DNA from: an uncultured Burkholderiales bacterium
GTDB taxonomy: Bacteria > Pseudomonadota > Gammaproteobacteria > Burkholderiales > REEB80
Assembly: GCA_964473355.1 (NCBI GenBank)
Contig: CAYYOS010000001.1
Span: forward strand, 1 to 60,492
DNA length: 60,492 bases
Direction: 5' to 3'
A model generated the notes under the pieces. The model did not search any database. It was not told where the DNA came from and saw only the letters and a program-made list of their open reading frames with translations. Positions 29,499 to 40,010 of this stretch are shown piece by piece; the first letter of the stretch is position 1; each line of letters begins with the position of its first letter. The position numbers and the translations under genes were made by a program.

Positions 29499-29710
29499 TT
29501 CTAATCTAGCTCGTTTTCTCAGAGCCCGGAATTATTACAAGGAGATATGCCGCTGTCAAGCGTCATTATGATATTGTAATTTCTGGCGATACCTTTCTCA
29601 ATGCTTGTGCGAGCGGGCTTATAAGTTAACGGTTAATCAGCAATGTAGGCCGCAAAAACTCCACATCAAATGATTAGGGAAATGTTTTAAAGAATGAAAA
29701 CTAACGGAAG

Positions 29711-30145
29711 CTATGTGCCCGCAGAAAAACACTGCATTTCCAGCAGTTTGGCTGCCTTGTTAAGGCGCGCATCAAAGCTGGCGAAAAAGATAGGCAAGCC
29801 GGAAATGCGACGAACCTCGTAAGCGGCAGCTAGCTGCACGCTGTCGTAGCCGCGCAACGCAAAGGTATCGGCATATTCTCCAGCCCGCTCAACCAGTGCT
29901 TGATTCAATTCCGTAACCACTAAGTGTGGCCAATCTTTTGCCAGCGCCGCCTTCGCTTGCTCGATAATAGCAGCATCTTTAGCCACTTCGCGTGCGCGCC
30001 GCGATAATGCCGCATGTGCTTCCGCCCAGGCAATACGGCATACCGCTACTGCCTCGGCTTCTGATACATGCTGCTTCAATTCCTTGCTTCCCGTCTCAAT
30101 AATATAAAGTTTAATAAGCGCAGAGGTATCGCAAAACAATATCAC
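29711..30145 (-). CDS. vapC: PIN-domain toxin (VapC family)
   Basis: 144 aa. MILFCDTSALIKLY N-terminal Asp motif and YDSVQLAAA in the C-terminal half. 4-nt overlap with the upstream antitoxin. Confidence 0.75.
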   Translation of the reverse strand: MILFCDTSALIKLYIIETGSKELKQHVSEAEAVAVCRIAWAEAHAALSRRAREVAKDAAIIEQAKAALAKDWPHLVVTELNQALVERAGEYADTFALRGYDSVQLAAAYEVRRISGLPIFFASFDARLNKAAKLLEMQCFSAGT

Positions 30146-30405
30146 CCGCGGTCTTCCAGCACCATTGCAGAAATTGTCTTGCCGCCTGCCTGCAACCCAA
30201 GCGCGGCGCCTTTAGGTTTACCCCCTTGCCAGGTTGCCATGCCGGCTGCCAATAAACGTGATAACCCCGCGCTATCGGTTTGAGGTACACCAATAACCCG
30301 AGCCACCACTTTGCGATGCGAGGTTAATTCCAGCATCTTCCCGGATTGCGTCTCGCGGACATACTGCGCCAAATGAGACTTGAATTCTTGCATAGAAACT
30401 TTCAT
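30142..30405 (-). CDS. type II antitoxin (Phd/YefM-like)
   Basis: 87 aa. MKVSMQEFKSHLAQYVRETQSGKMLELTSHRKVVARVIGV. Confidence 0.65.
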   Translation of the reverse strand: MKVSMQEFKSHLAQYVRETQSGKMLELTSHRKVVARVIGVPQTDSAGLSRLLAAGMATWQGGKPKGAALGLQAGGKTISAMVLEDRG

Positions 30406-30455
30406 TACGACCCTTTTTATCTTACTTAAATAAGTATTATGACCTTTTTATGCAG
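30406..30455. promoter_or_regulatory. candidate operator of the 30142-30405 antitoxin operon
   Basis: Inverted repeat tactta-aa-taagta (30423-30436) flanked by direct repeats gaccctttttat / gacctttttat, immediately upstream of the antitoxin start. Confidence 0.35.
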
Positions 30456-30573
30456 AAAGTCAAAGGCCCTTCAAGGTTCATAATTAAAGACGGGGGGTTG
30501 GACTGCAAGACGAAAAAGAAAAAACGGCGGAACGAAAATACGGTTTTGAAAAGAAAGGGAATGAGTGAAAGTG

Positions 30574-31833
30574 TTAGCCTCTACGCATAGAATCAAAGAA
30601 GTCATTATTATTTTTAGTGGCTTTGATTTTATCCAACAAAAATTCCATGGCTTCGAGATCGTCCATGGGATAGAGCAAGCGACGCAGCACCCAAATTTTT
30701 TGTAGATTATCGGGCTTGATTAACAGCTCTTCTTTGCGGGTGCCGGAGCGGTTGACGTTGATCGCAGGGTACAAGCGTTTTTCGGCCATACGACGGTCAA
30801 GGTGAATTTCCATATTGCCTGTGCCTTTAAATTCTTCATAGATCACGTCGTCCATGCGCGAGCCGGTTTCTACCAAAGCAGTGGCGATAATGGTCAATGA
30901 CCCACCTTCTTCAATATTACGCGCTGCGCCAAAAAATCGTTTGGGCCGCTGCAGCGCATTCGCGTCCACACCACCCGTGAGCACTTTTCCTGAAGCCGGA
31001 ACAACGGTATTATATGCGCGCGCCAAGCGGGTGATGGAATCCAACAAGATCACCACATCTTTTTTATGCTCAACTAAACGCTTGGCCTTTTCTAACACCA
31101 TTTCGGCGACTTGCACGTGGCGCGTGGCGGGCTCATCAAACGTAGAGGAGACGACTTCCCCTCGAACGGAACGTATCATTTCCGTGACTTCTTCCGGGCG
31201 CTCGTCAATCAACAAGACGATTAAATAGCATTCCGGATAATTCGCCGCAACGGAATGGGCAATGTGCTGCAACATAACCGTCTTGCCGCTTTTAGGCGAA
31301 GCGACCAACAATCCGCGCTGTCCTTTACCAATCGGCGCAATGATATCGATAACGCGCCCGGTAATGTTTTCTTCTGCCTTAATATCACGCTCTAAAATGA
31401 GCGCATCAGTTGGGAATAGAGGAGTTAAATTCTCAAAAAGAATCTTATGTTTGGAATTTTCCGGGGGTTCCCCGTTAACGCTATCGACTTTAACCAGCGC
31501 AAAGTAGCGTTCGCCGTCTTTAGGCGTGCGGATCTCACCTTGAATGGTATCGCCGGTATGCAGGTTAAAGCGCCGGATTTGGCTGGGGCTTACATAAATA
31601 TCGTCGGGGCCCGCCAAATATGAGGTGTCTGGGGAGCGCAAAAATCCGAAACCATCTTGCAGGACTTCAAGCGTGCCTTCGCCGAATATGCTTTCACCCT
31701 TACGCGCCTGGTTTTTAAGTAAGGCAAAAATTAAATCTTGCTTGCGCAGCCGGTTCGCACCTTCGATTTCGTTGGATATTGCCATATCCACCAGCTCGGT
31801 GACGTGTAGTTCTTTTAACTCAGATAAGTGCAT
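30574..31833 (-). CDS. rho: transcription termination factor Rho
   Basis: [18 protein letters not shown]..., FGFLR RNA-binding domain, Walker A ASPKSGKT. Start set to the ATG at 31833. Confidence 0.95.
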   Translation of the reverse strand: MHLSELKELHVTELVDMAISNEIEGANRLRKQDLIFALLKNQARKGESIFGEGTLEVLQDGFGFLRSPDTSYLAGPDDIYVSPSQIRRFNLHTGDTIQGEIRTPKDGERYFALVKVDSVNGEPPENSKHKILFENLTPLFPTDALILERDIKAEENITGRVIDIIAPIGKGQRGLLVASPKSGKTVMLQHIAHSVAANYPECYLIVLLIDERPEEVTEMIRSVRGEVVSSTFDEPATRHVQVAEMVLEKAKRLVEHKKDVVILLDSITRLARAYNTVVPASGKVLTGGVDANALQRPKRFFGAARNIEEGGSLTIIATALVETGSRMDDVIYEEFKGTGNMEIHLDRRMAEKRLYPAINVNRSGTRKEELLIKPDNLQKIWVLRRLLYPMDDLEAMEFLLDKIKATKNNNDFFDSMRRG

Positions 31834-31952
31834 TACAATCGTGGACAACAAACTCGTATGGGAAAAAAGGAAGTAGGAGAGAAACTGACGCCTAGCTCAA
31901 ATGGCGCGTTATTATTAGACTACGCCAAAAGATTATTTATAGAATAGTGGAT

Positions 31953-32279
31953 TTATATATTGCTGTCAATAAAGGCTGTTAGCTGTGATTTCGACAAAGC
32001 ACCCACTTTCGTGGCTTCAACATTCCCGTTTTTAAAAATCATCAGGGTAGGTATACCGCGAATACCATATTTGGGCGGCGTCCCCTGATTTTCGTCGATG
32101 TTTAACTTGGTAATTTTAACGCGGCCAGAATATTCTTGGGCGACCTCATCTAAAATGGGGGCTATCATTTTACAGGGCCCGCACCAGTCCGCCCAATAAT
32201 CCACCAGCACGGGAATCGGCGCTTGCAATACCTCTTCCTCAAATGTATCGTCGCTGATGTAGTGAATGTTGTCGCTCAT
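31953..32279 (-). CDS. trxA: thioredoxin
   Basis: 108 aa with the WAxWCGPCK active site. Confidence 0.95.
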   Translation of the reverse strand: MSDNIHYISDDTFEEEVLQAPIPVLVDYWADWCGPCKMIAPILDEVAQEYSGRVKITKLNIDENQGTPPKYGIRGIPTLMIFKNGNVEATKVGALSKSQLTAFIDSNI

Positions 32280-32416
32280 GGGGGCCTTTCGACTGGAAAT
32301 GTTTACTGGATATTGTTCTGAAAACGAAACGGTATCTTATCTAATAATTATTAGCAAGAAAAGCAGTAAATCAAATTAATATTTTATGCAGAAAATTAAC
32401 AAATTGGGATGAATCA

Positions 32417-32740
32417 ATGACTTATGTAGTAACCGAGTCCTGTATTAAATGTAAATACACCGATTGCGTGGAGGTTTGCCCGGTAGATTGCTTCCGCGAG
32501 GGGCCCAATTTTTTGGTCATAGACCCCGAGGAATGTATTGATTGCACGCTGTGCGTGGCGGAGTGTCCCGTCGAGGCAATTTTTGCAGAGGATGACGTGC
32601 CGGAAAACCAGCGGCACTTTACCGCCTTAAATGCCGAGCTTGCTAAAGTGTGGAAACCCATTATCGAACGCCACGACGCGCCGCCGGACGCGGATGAGTG
32701 GGCCGAGGTTCGCGACAAAGAAAATCTTTTGGAACGATAG
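32417..32740 (+). CDS. fdxA: 7Fe ferredoxin (FdxA type)
   Basis: [26 protein letters not shown]...[12 protein letters not shown], the [3Fe-4S][4Fe-4S] ferredoxin pattern. Confidence 0.9.
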   Translation: MTYVVTESCIKCKYTDCVEVCPVDCFREGPNFLVIDPEECIDCTLCVAECPVEAIFAEDDVPENQRHFTALNAELAKVWKPIIERHDAPPDADEWAEVRDKENLLER

Positions 32741-32749
32741 CCGCAAACC

Positions 32750-35446
32750 TTGAAGTCTGATCCGGAAGCCGTAACGCCCAGCCAGATTTCCTGGGTCACC
32801 CGCGAAATTCTGCTACGGGAACAAGCCCGTTTACCTAATCTCAGCGCTGTAACCATTGTTTTGCCTAACCTTAAAGCGGCCTCCGGTATCGCCGCTTCGT
32901 TCGCGCGTGTGGCTAACCTCAAAACGCTACTGCTGCCGCGTTTTACCACGCTGGCGGGGGGGGCGGAGGGCGTCGATGTCGACGCTTCTATTAGCCCCAC
33001 AGGACAGCGGCAAGCTTTTCTGTATCAGTCGCTACGTGCCAAAAACTGGTTTGAGGGTTATGACCTATGGCAGATTACGGAGGAACTGTTGGGTCTGGTT
33101 GATGAGCTGAACTACTGGCAGGTGGACTTTCCAAAAAATGATGTTTCATTTATAGAGACCATAGAGCGTGCCACGCTGAAAAAATTACCTGAGGCACTAC
33201 GCTTTGAAGCACGTCTGGTGTATGAATTGTGGGAGGTGCTCACCAAAACAACTTCCCCAGAAATCGCGCCCGCGATGGCCTACGTGCTCCGACTTCAGCG
33301 TTTGGCAGCGAACATTGCGCAGCCAGTGTACGGAATCGGTTTGCGAGATCTTATCCCGCCCGAAGAAACGTTTTTTAAGGCACTGGAAGAGAAGGACTTA
33401 GCGCGGCGTTTTCACATCAGCGCGAGCGAGGATAATATTTTTCACGCAGCTTGGCCATCGTCAACGTCTTTCCCTAACATTGGTTCGCGCGCCCAAAGCT
33501 ATGCGCAGGAATTTCCCGCAGCTGCGCTCAGTGGCCGTTTATCACTATACAGCGCGTATAGTCTGGAGTCGGAAGCCCGGGCCATCGAAATGAAGGTGCG
33601 CGAGTGGTTGGCCGAGGGCAAAAACAATATCGCGCTTATCGCGCAAGATCGTCTAGTGGCCCGGCGGGTACGCGCATTACTGGAACGCGCTCAGGTGCTA
33701 ATTGAGGATGAAACCGGTTGGACTTTTTCCACCACCAGCGCCAGCGCCGTTGTTATACGCCTACTCGATACACTGGAGCATAATTTTGCCTACACAGATT
33801 TTTTGGATTTAGTTAAATCCCCATTTTTGTTTGCCAGTGACGCCGCGTCTGAAAAACGCGCCGCAGTCGCAGAATTGGAAAAATTGCTACGTAAGCACGC
33901 TATCAGCGCTGGGTTTAATAACTTTTATCAAATCACGAAAGAACATGGCTCGGCGCAAACCGTACACTTCCTGGAAAAATTTTGGCAAGCGTCGCGAGAA
34001 TTTAATCTACAGCCTAAAACGCTTGGCTCATGGCTAACATCACTACTGAATACCCTGGCGCGCTTAGACGCACTTGAGGCCTTGGGCGCGGACCAGGCCG
34101 GCCGGCAGCTGATAGAAACACTGCTGCGTTTGCAACAAAACTTGCAAGCCGACCTCGCCATTTTTAGTTCGTCGGAGTGGCGCGCCTGGTTGAATCGGCA
34201 GCTGGAGAGCACGACGTTTCGCGATACCAGTATTACAAGCCCCGTTATCTTTACGCACCTTTCCTTGACGCGAGCCCGGGGTTTCGATGCCGTGGTGATC
34301 ATGGGTGCAGACAGTCAGCATTTGCCAGGCAATGTCGAGGCAGAAGGAATTTTTGACGACGGAATTCGTTTGGAGCTCGGTTTACCGACCTCGGCTACGC
34401 GTCGCGCAGTGCAAAAACAAGATCTCATCGACTTACTTAACCTAGCTCCATATAGCTTAATAACTTGGCAACGTAATCGGAATGATGAACCTAATCTGCT
34501 TAGCCCTTACTTCGAGCAGTTGTCGGTGTTTCACGAACTTGCTTTTAATAAATCGCTTGAGGATGCGGAGCTGGCATTGCGCTTAGCGCAATACAGTCAA
34601 ATAGAAATTCAAGCCGATTTAGCAACACCGCCCCCTACAGCTCAGCTACCCAGTAGCTTAGTTCCGCGCTCCATTTCCGCCGCCGGCTTCAACTATTTAA
34701 TGCAGTGCCCCTACCAGTTTTATGCCCGCTATGGTCTGGGCTTGGCGGAGCTGGATGAGATTCAGCAAGACATGGAAAAAAAAGACTACGGCATCTGCGT
34801 TCATGAAATTTTGACGAGGTTTCATAGCGAATTTCCTCGGGTGTCGGGTAAACCACCCGAGGAAATGAATGGGGCATTGCAGGCTATATCGGAGAAAATA
34901 TTCGCCCCCGCGGTGGCGCTTAATTTTAACGCCCGGGCATGGGCATTACGCTGGCTGGCGGCGATACCTAGTTATATCGATTGGCAATACGCGCGCGAAG
35001 CAGAAGGCTGGCTATGGCAAGGCGGAGAGATAGCAAAGGAACTTAGTCTCAGCAACGATGGTGTGGCTAGCGTCACCCTGCAGGGCCGTATAGATCGCGT
35101 GGATCGGCGCGGCATGGAATATGCGGTACTGGATTATAAAACCCAAGATAAAGCTACGCTGCAAAAACTCCTTAAACCCCCCATGGAGGAGATGCCATTA
35201 CTGGTGTATGCCTTGCTGTGGGGCGAGCAGGTAATTGAGGCTGGTTTTGTTTGCGTTAGTGAAAATACGCAACTTCTTCCGTATCGCGAGAACTTACAGG
35301 AAAACGCTTTGCGTAGTAAGCAACTCTTAAGCGAACTCTTTGATGCCATGCATAACGGCGCCACTTTGCCAGCCCATGGCATAGATACCGTGTGCGACTA
35401 TTGCAAAATGAAAGGCTTGTGTAGAAAAGGATATTGGCGTGGCTGA
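32750..35446 (+). CDS. addB: AddB-type PD-(D/E)XK nuclease subunit (inactive-helicase/nuclease partner of AddA)
   Basis: 898 aa. C-terminal nuclease block (GRIDRVD, DYKT) plus the Fe-S cysteine pattern C(P)...CxxCx5C (YLMQCPYQFY ... VCDYCKMKGLC). TTG start at 32750 is uncertain. 8-nt overlap with addA. Confidence 0.7.
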   Translation: MKSDPEAVTPSQISWVTREILLREQARLPNLSAVTIVLPNLKAASGIAASFARVANLKTLLLPRFTTLAGGAEGVDVDASISPTGQRQAFLYQSLRAKNWFEGYDLWQITEELLGLVDELNYWQVDFPKNDVSFIETIERATLKKLPEALRFEARLVYELWEVLTKTTSPEIAPAMAYVLRLQRLAANIAQPVYGIGLRDLIPPEETFFKALEEKDLARRFHISASEDNIFHAAWPSSTSFPNIGSRAQSYAQEFPAAALSGRLSLYSAYSLESEARAIEMKVREWLAEGKNNIALIAQDRLVARRVRALLERAQVLIEDETGWTFSTTSASAVVIRLLDTLEHNFAYTDFLDLVKSPFLFASDAASEKRAAVAELEKLLRKHAISAGFNNFYQITKEHGSAQTVHFLEKFWQASREFNLQPKTLGSWLTSLLNTLARLDALEALGADQAGRQLIETLLRLQQNLQADLAIFSSSEWRAWLNRQLESTTFRDTSITSPVIFTHLSLTRARGFDAVVIMGADSQHLPGNVEAEGIFDDGIRLELGLPTSATRRAVQKQDLIDLLNLAPYSLITWQRNRNDEPNLLSPYFEQLSVFHELAFNKSLEDAELALRLAQYSQIEIQADLATPPPTAQLPSSLVPRSISAAGFNYLMQCPYQFYARYGLGLAELDEIQQDMEKKDYGICVHEILTRFHSEFPRVSGKPPEEMNGALQAISEKIFAPAVALNFNARAWALRWLAAIPSYIDWQYAREAEGWLWQGGEIAKELSLSNDGVASVTLQGRIDRVDRRGMEYAVLDYKTQDKATLQKLLKPPMEEMPLLVYALLWGEQVIEAGFVCVSENTQLLPYRENLQENALRSKQLLSELFDAMHNGATLPAHGIDTVCDYCKMKGLCRKGYWRG

Positions 35447-38400
35447 GGCGATCATTGAAGCGGCGCTAGACCCGCGTCGCAACGTCGTTATCGAGGCCTG
35501 CGCGGGTAGTGGCAAAACGTGGTTATTGGTGTCACGAATGATCAGATTGTTGTTAGCGGGCACGCCACCTGGCGAAATTTTAGCGATTACTTTCACTCGC
35601 AAGGCAGCGGGAGAAATGCGCGGACGCTTGCGGGAATGGCTGCGCCAAATGCTCTATGAAACAGATGATAAAGTCATCGAATTTCTGATGCACCGCGGTC
35701 TCCCCGAGGCCGAAGCACGCGCCTCGCTACCGCAGGCCCGCGGTCTGTTTGAATCGGTATTAAATGCACAACCAGAAATAGCGATTTTGACTTTTGACAG
35801 CTGGTTCGAGCGGATCACGCGGCACGCCCCTTTAACTGCCGGTATGCGGAACCCCAATTTCGTGGAACATACCTCGGTTTTGATCGAGAATGCGTGGCAG
35901 CGATTCACGGACGATCTGCAAGCCAAACCGGAAAGCGAGTTAGCGCGAAAGCTACTGTACTTATTTGAAGTGTATGGCCTGTCTTCAACAAAGAAGTTAC
36001 TTAAGAATTTCGTCAACCGGCGCATTGAATGGTGGCAGTATACCCTGGGGCAACGTGACCCTATGGGCTACGCGCTGGCCAAATTGGAAGGCTCTCAGGA
36101 TGTTGCATTTGACTTAGACGAAGTTTTTTTAAAACGGATTACGCAGTACCTAGGTCTTCTACAAAAAAATACGGATACGCATAAAGAGCGTGCCAAGATA
36201 CTTGCAGCGGGATTGGATTGTGCCGATAGCCAGCAACGCTTTGAAAAAATATACGCCGCGGTATTTTCCACAGAGGGAAATCCCTACAAAATTTCACCAT
36301 CCGCTAAACAAAAAGCACGCCTGGGCGCAGAAGGCGAAGCGCAATTGATAGCCCTTCACGACATGATATGCAGACGTATCGGGGAGATCAATCAGCAGCA
36401 TATCGAACGACAAATTTACCTGATTAACGAGGCCGGTTTAAGCTGCGGGATGGCCCTGCTAGAAATTTTTCAAAGACTAAAAACTGAGCGCGGCTTAGTG
36501 GATTACCCGGATCTTATTTGGCGCGCCCATTTATTACTTACCCGCTCTGAGCACGCCGAGTATGTGCAATATAAATTAGGCGGTCGTTATCGGCATCTGC
36601 TACTGGATGAGTTCCAAGACACCAACCCCTTGCAATGGCAAGTTCTAAAAATATGGTTGGATGAAAGTTTAGCCGCGGATCAACCCTTAGGCGTTTTTCT
36701 AGTGGGCGATCCTAAGCAATCTGTCTATCGGTTTCGCGGCGCGGATGCGCGTCTCTTCGACGTGGCTGCCGAGTATTTGCAGACTACCTTCAATGCCACT
36801 TTTCTTCAGCAAAATATTACTTGGCGGAACGCACCGGACATCGTTGTCGCCGTGAATGCAGTCTTTCAGCCTGAGGAAAAATTTCCACACTTCGTTCCTC
36901 ATCATTCGGCGCAAACGCGCTTGCCAGGCGCCCTACAAATACTTGCACCTCCGCCCAAGCCTACTGCGCTGCCGCTCCCAAACCCGCAACTGCGCAACCC
37001 CCTGATCGAGCCGGGGGCCGAAAGCACGGATGCCTACCTTACAGAAGGTTGCCGGATTGCGGCAAAAATTGCAGCTGTTGTCGGACACTGGAAAATAACC
37101 GAAGGGAACACAAACCGAGCAGCGGAATACCGGGACGTGATGATTCTGGTGACGAAACGCACTCACTTAGGCATGTACGAGGCGGCATTGAAAGCCGCGC
37201 AAATTCCCTACGTGAGCTCGCGCCGCGGCGAGTTGCTCAACACCTTGGAAGCACAGGATCTGACGGCGCTATTACGCTTTCTAATTACACCCTTTTCCGA
37301 TATTGATCTCGCCCATGTCTTACGTTCACCCATTTTTGCCTGCACCGATCAAGACTTGGTCAGGCTCGCACAAAGTACCGAACAGACTTGGTGGCAGCGC
37401 TTAAAAAGCGTGGCGAACACCGACCAGGCTGGCCCACTTAACCGCGCTTGGCGCTTGCTTTCAGCCTGGCGGGAATCCGCCAACCAACTGCCAGTGCATG
37501 ATTTATTAGATCAAATTTTTTTTCAGGCGGATATACTGAGCGCCTATGCGAGTGCCGTCCCCATAAGCTTGCGTGCCAGTGTTCTAGCTAACTTAAATTC
37601 ATACATGCAGCTTTCGTTGGAAATAGACAGCGGCCGCTATCCTAGCCTGCCTAAATTCGTATATGAAGTGCAGCAGTTAACGACGTTGTCCACGGAAGAA
37701 GCGCCCGATGAAGGGATCGTGGCTGAAACCCAAAACGCTTGCCGGATTTTGACCGTGCATGGCGCGAAGGGCTTAGAGTCTCCTATCGTTATTTTGGCGG
37801 GCAGTGATGATAAACCTACCTCCGCGGACAGTTATTATGCTTTGGTTGATTGGCCGCCCGCAGCAGAAACGCCCCGGCATTTTTCTTTGTATAGTAAGAA
37901 AGAGCAGCGCGGCGAATCACGTGCCGCGTATTTTGCCGCGGAAGATGACTTACGCGAACGCGAGCACTTGAATCTTTTATATGTCGCCATGACGCGCGCG
38001 AAGCAAGCGCTGATTGTTTCCGCTGCCACCGAAAAGTCCGGCAGTTGGTATGAGAAAATCGCTGCTCGGACTACGGCGTCGGCGGATTTAGCCGAGATAG
38101 CGCACGTAACCCCCGTCGATGAACATTGCGCGTCGGCTTTTTTAGCCTTATCCCACGCGCCCGTTGGAAAAAGAGAGTTGGCTTTAACCGCCGAACGGCG
38201 CTATGGCATCAAACTCCACGCCCTACTTGAGCAACTCGCGCCGCCCCGTCAGGCGGGTAAAGATTACCTAAAAGAAAAATTAGGTAGCACCGATGACGAG
38301 TTTGAAGCGCTTTGGTCTTGTGCCCAAACCCTGCTGCGCGCCCCACATCTGCAGCGTTTTTTTGATCCTCAGCAATATCTAAGCGCACACAATGAACTGT

Positions 38401-38615
38401 CGTTTTGCGTCACGGAAGGACAGGTATTTCGCGTGGATAGACTGGTGGAATTCACCGATAGCGTGTGGGTGTTGGACTATAAAAGCGGCCAGCCAGAAAG
38501 CGGAAATTATGTCGCACAAATGCGTGCTTATCGCGATGCGTTAAGGGCAGTCTTTGGCCAAAAACCGATACATTGCGCACTGTTATGGAGTAGCGGAGAA
38601 CTTCAGGAATGTTAG
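35439..38615 (+). CDS. addA: AddA-type UvrD-family helicase-nuclease
   Basis: 1058 aa. Walker A ACAGSGKT, LDEFQDTNP, TVHGAKGLE and YVAMTRAK helicase motifs. C-terminal RecB-like nuclease (RVDRLVEF...VLDYKSG). GTG start. Confidence 0.8.
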   Translation: MAEAIIEAALDPRRNVVIEACAGSGKTWLLVSRMIRLLLAGTPPGEILAITFTRKAAGEMRGRLREWLRQMLYETDDKVIEFLMHRGLPEAEARASLPQARGLFESVLNAQPEIAILTFDSWFERITRHAPLTAGMRNPNFVEHTSVLIENAWQRFTDDLQAKPESELARKLLYLFEVYGLSSTKKLLKNFVNRRIEWWQYTLGQRDPMGYALAKLEGSQDVAFDLDEVFLKRITQYLGLLQKNTDTHKERAKILAAGLDCADSQQRFEKIYAAVFSTEGNPYKISPSAKQKARLGAEGEAQLIALHDMICRRIGEINQQHIERQIYLINEAGLSCGMALLEIFQRLKTERGLVDYPDLIWRAHLLLTRSEHAEYVQYKLGGRYRHLLLDEFQDTNPLQWQVLKIWLDESLAADQPLGVFLVGDPKQSVYRFRGADARLFDVAAEYLQTTFNATFLQQNITWRNAPDIVVAVNAVFQPEEKFPHFVPHHSAQTRLPGALQILAPPPKPTALPLPNPQLRNPLIEPGAESTDAYLTEGCRIAAKIAAVVGHWKITEGNTNRAAEYRDVMILVTKRTHLGMYEAALKAAQIPYVSSRRGELLNTLEAQDLTALLRFLITPFSDIDLAHVLRSPIFACTDQDLVRLAQSTEQTWWQRLKSVANTDQAGPLNRAWRLLSAWRESANQLPVHDLLDQIFFQADILSAYASAVPISLRASVLANLNSYMQLSLEIDSGRYPSLPKFVYEVQQLTTLSTEEAPDEGIVAETQNACRILTVHGAKGLESPIVILAGSDDKPTSADSYYALVDWPPAAETPRHFSLYSKKEQRGESRAAYFAAEDDLREREHLNLLYVAMTRAKQALIVSAATEKSGSWYEKIAARTTASADLAEIAHVTPVDEHCASAFLALSHAPVGKRELALTAERRYGIKLHALLEQLAPPRQAGKDYLKEKLGSTDDEFEALWSCAQTLLRAPHLQRFFDPQQYLSAHNELSFCVTEGQVFRVDRLVEFTDSVWVLDYKSGQPESGNYVAQMRAYRDALRAVFGQKPIHCALLWSSGELQEC

Positions 38616-38646
38616 GATTCAGAAAAAGTGCCTACGGTGGCGTGCG

Positions 38647-39900
38647 ATGAACCGTCGCACCCTTATTAAATTCGGGGCGGCGGGCCTGGGTATTGCCGGC
38701 ATCACGGCCTATGCAAAATGGCCGGACCAGGGTGTGATCAATCCTTGCTTAGCCTTGCCAGTTCCTCGGGATATACTAAATCACGATCTCGTGCAGTCCG
38801 CGTGGGCAGGTATAGACTCCAGTCTAGTCTGGGATTGCCATACGCATTTAATCGGGGTGGGCGATGGGCCTGGTACCTGGATTAACCCGGACATGAATAG
38901 CTGGGCGCACCCATTGCAGTTTGCGCAAAAACGCTTTTTCCTCAACGCAGGCTGCGCCGATGGCGATGCCGGCCGCACCGATAGTTCCTACGTGGATCGC
39001 TTAGTAGCACTACATAGCAACGGCATGCGCCAAGCGAAATCGATGCTATTGGCGTTTGATTACGCCTACGATGAAAAAGGCCGAAAAGTAGCCGCTCACA
39101 GCGCGTTTTATGCCGCTAATGAATACGCAGCCGGCATTGTAAACAAATATCCTGATCGCTTTGAGTGGATTGCTTCGGTACATCCTTATCGACCCGATGC
39201 TTTGGATGCGCTACGGTGGGCAAAGCAACACGGGGCGCGCGCGGTGAAATGGTTACCGGCGGCGATGGGGATCAACCCCGCCAGCCCGTTATGCAGCGCC
39301 TACTATCAGCTGTTGCGGGAATTAGATATGCCGCTACTCACCCACGCCGGGGCTGAACGTGCCGTACACGGCATGGCGGCCGAGCAATTCGGCAACCCTT
39401 TGTTATTTCGCAGTGCGCTCGACGCCGGCGTGCGCGTGATAGTCGCGCATTGCGCCTCCATGGGAGAAAGCCCCGACACCGATATCGGCGCGAACGGCCC
39501 TAAGCGCAGCAACTTTTCCCTATTTATACGCATGCTTAGCGACGCCCGTTTCCATGGGCTACTTTATGGAGACATTTCGGCCATCACGCAAGCTAATCGC
39601 GCCCGGGAGGCACTCTCCACGCTTATTTCACGGCAAGAAGTGCATAGCCGATTGTTAAACGGCTCGGATTATCCCTTGCCTGGCGTCATGCCGCTTTTTT
39701 CGCTACGCCAATTGGCTGAGTTGAAGTTGCTCGATGACAAACACAGAGAAACGCTAAGCGCGCTACGCCGCTTTAACCCGCTATTGTTTGATTTCGTGTT
39801 GAAACGCACCTTGCGGGCAAACGGCGTGGGTTTCCCGCCCAAAGTATTCGAGACGCGGAATTTTTTTATCCGCACGCCGGGTGCCCCCGCATCGCCCTAG
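38647..39900 (+). CDS. Tat-exported amidohydrolase-superfamily (TIM-barrel metal hydrolase) protein
   Basis: Start set to the ATG at 38647, giving a twin-arginine leader MNRRTLIKFGAAGLGIAGITAYA. DCHTHL metal-binding motif near the N-terminus of the barrel. Confidence 0.6.
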   Translation: MNRRTLIKFGAAGLGIAGITAYAKWPDQGVINPCLALPVPRDILNHDLVQSAWAGIDSSLVWDCHTHLIGVGDGPGTWINPDMNSWAHPLQFAQKRFFLNAGCADGDAGRTDSSYVDRLVALHSNGMRQAKSMLLAFDYAYDEKGRKVAAHSAFYAANEYAAGIVNKYPDRFEWIASVHPYRPDALDALRWAKQHGARAVKWLPAAMGINPASPLCSAYYQLLRELDMPLLTHAGAERAVHGMAAEQFGNPLLFRSALDAGVRVIVAHCASMGESPDTDIGANGPKRSNFSLFIRMLSDARFHGLLYGDISAITQANRAREALSTLISRQEVHSRLLNGSDYPLPGVMPLFSLRQLAELKLLDDKHRETLSALRRFNPLLFDFVLKRTLRANGVGFPPKVFETRNFFIRTPGAPASP

Positions 39901-40010
39901 GCATGTTTGTCACCCGCGTGCGGCGCTCATTTGACAAACTTGCTAAAACTCATTAAAACAAATCTGTAATGTTATGGTATATTTAATAAATATCTTCAGC
40001 GGGAATCAAT

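Noticed and set aside
1242-36025. Numerous 60-190-aa antisense or out-of-frame ORFs inside long genes. Examples: 1554-2135, 4125-4448, 12465-12932, 17450-17818, 19400-19825, 26554-26943, 32422-33000, 33928-34302, 35654-36025.
   Set aside because: Each is fully nested in a gene with strong family motifs. Their compositions are Arg/Ser/Pro-rich, as expected from reverse-frame translation, and they have no motifs of their own.
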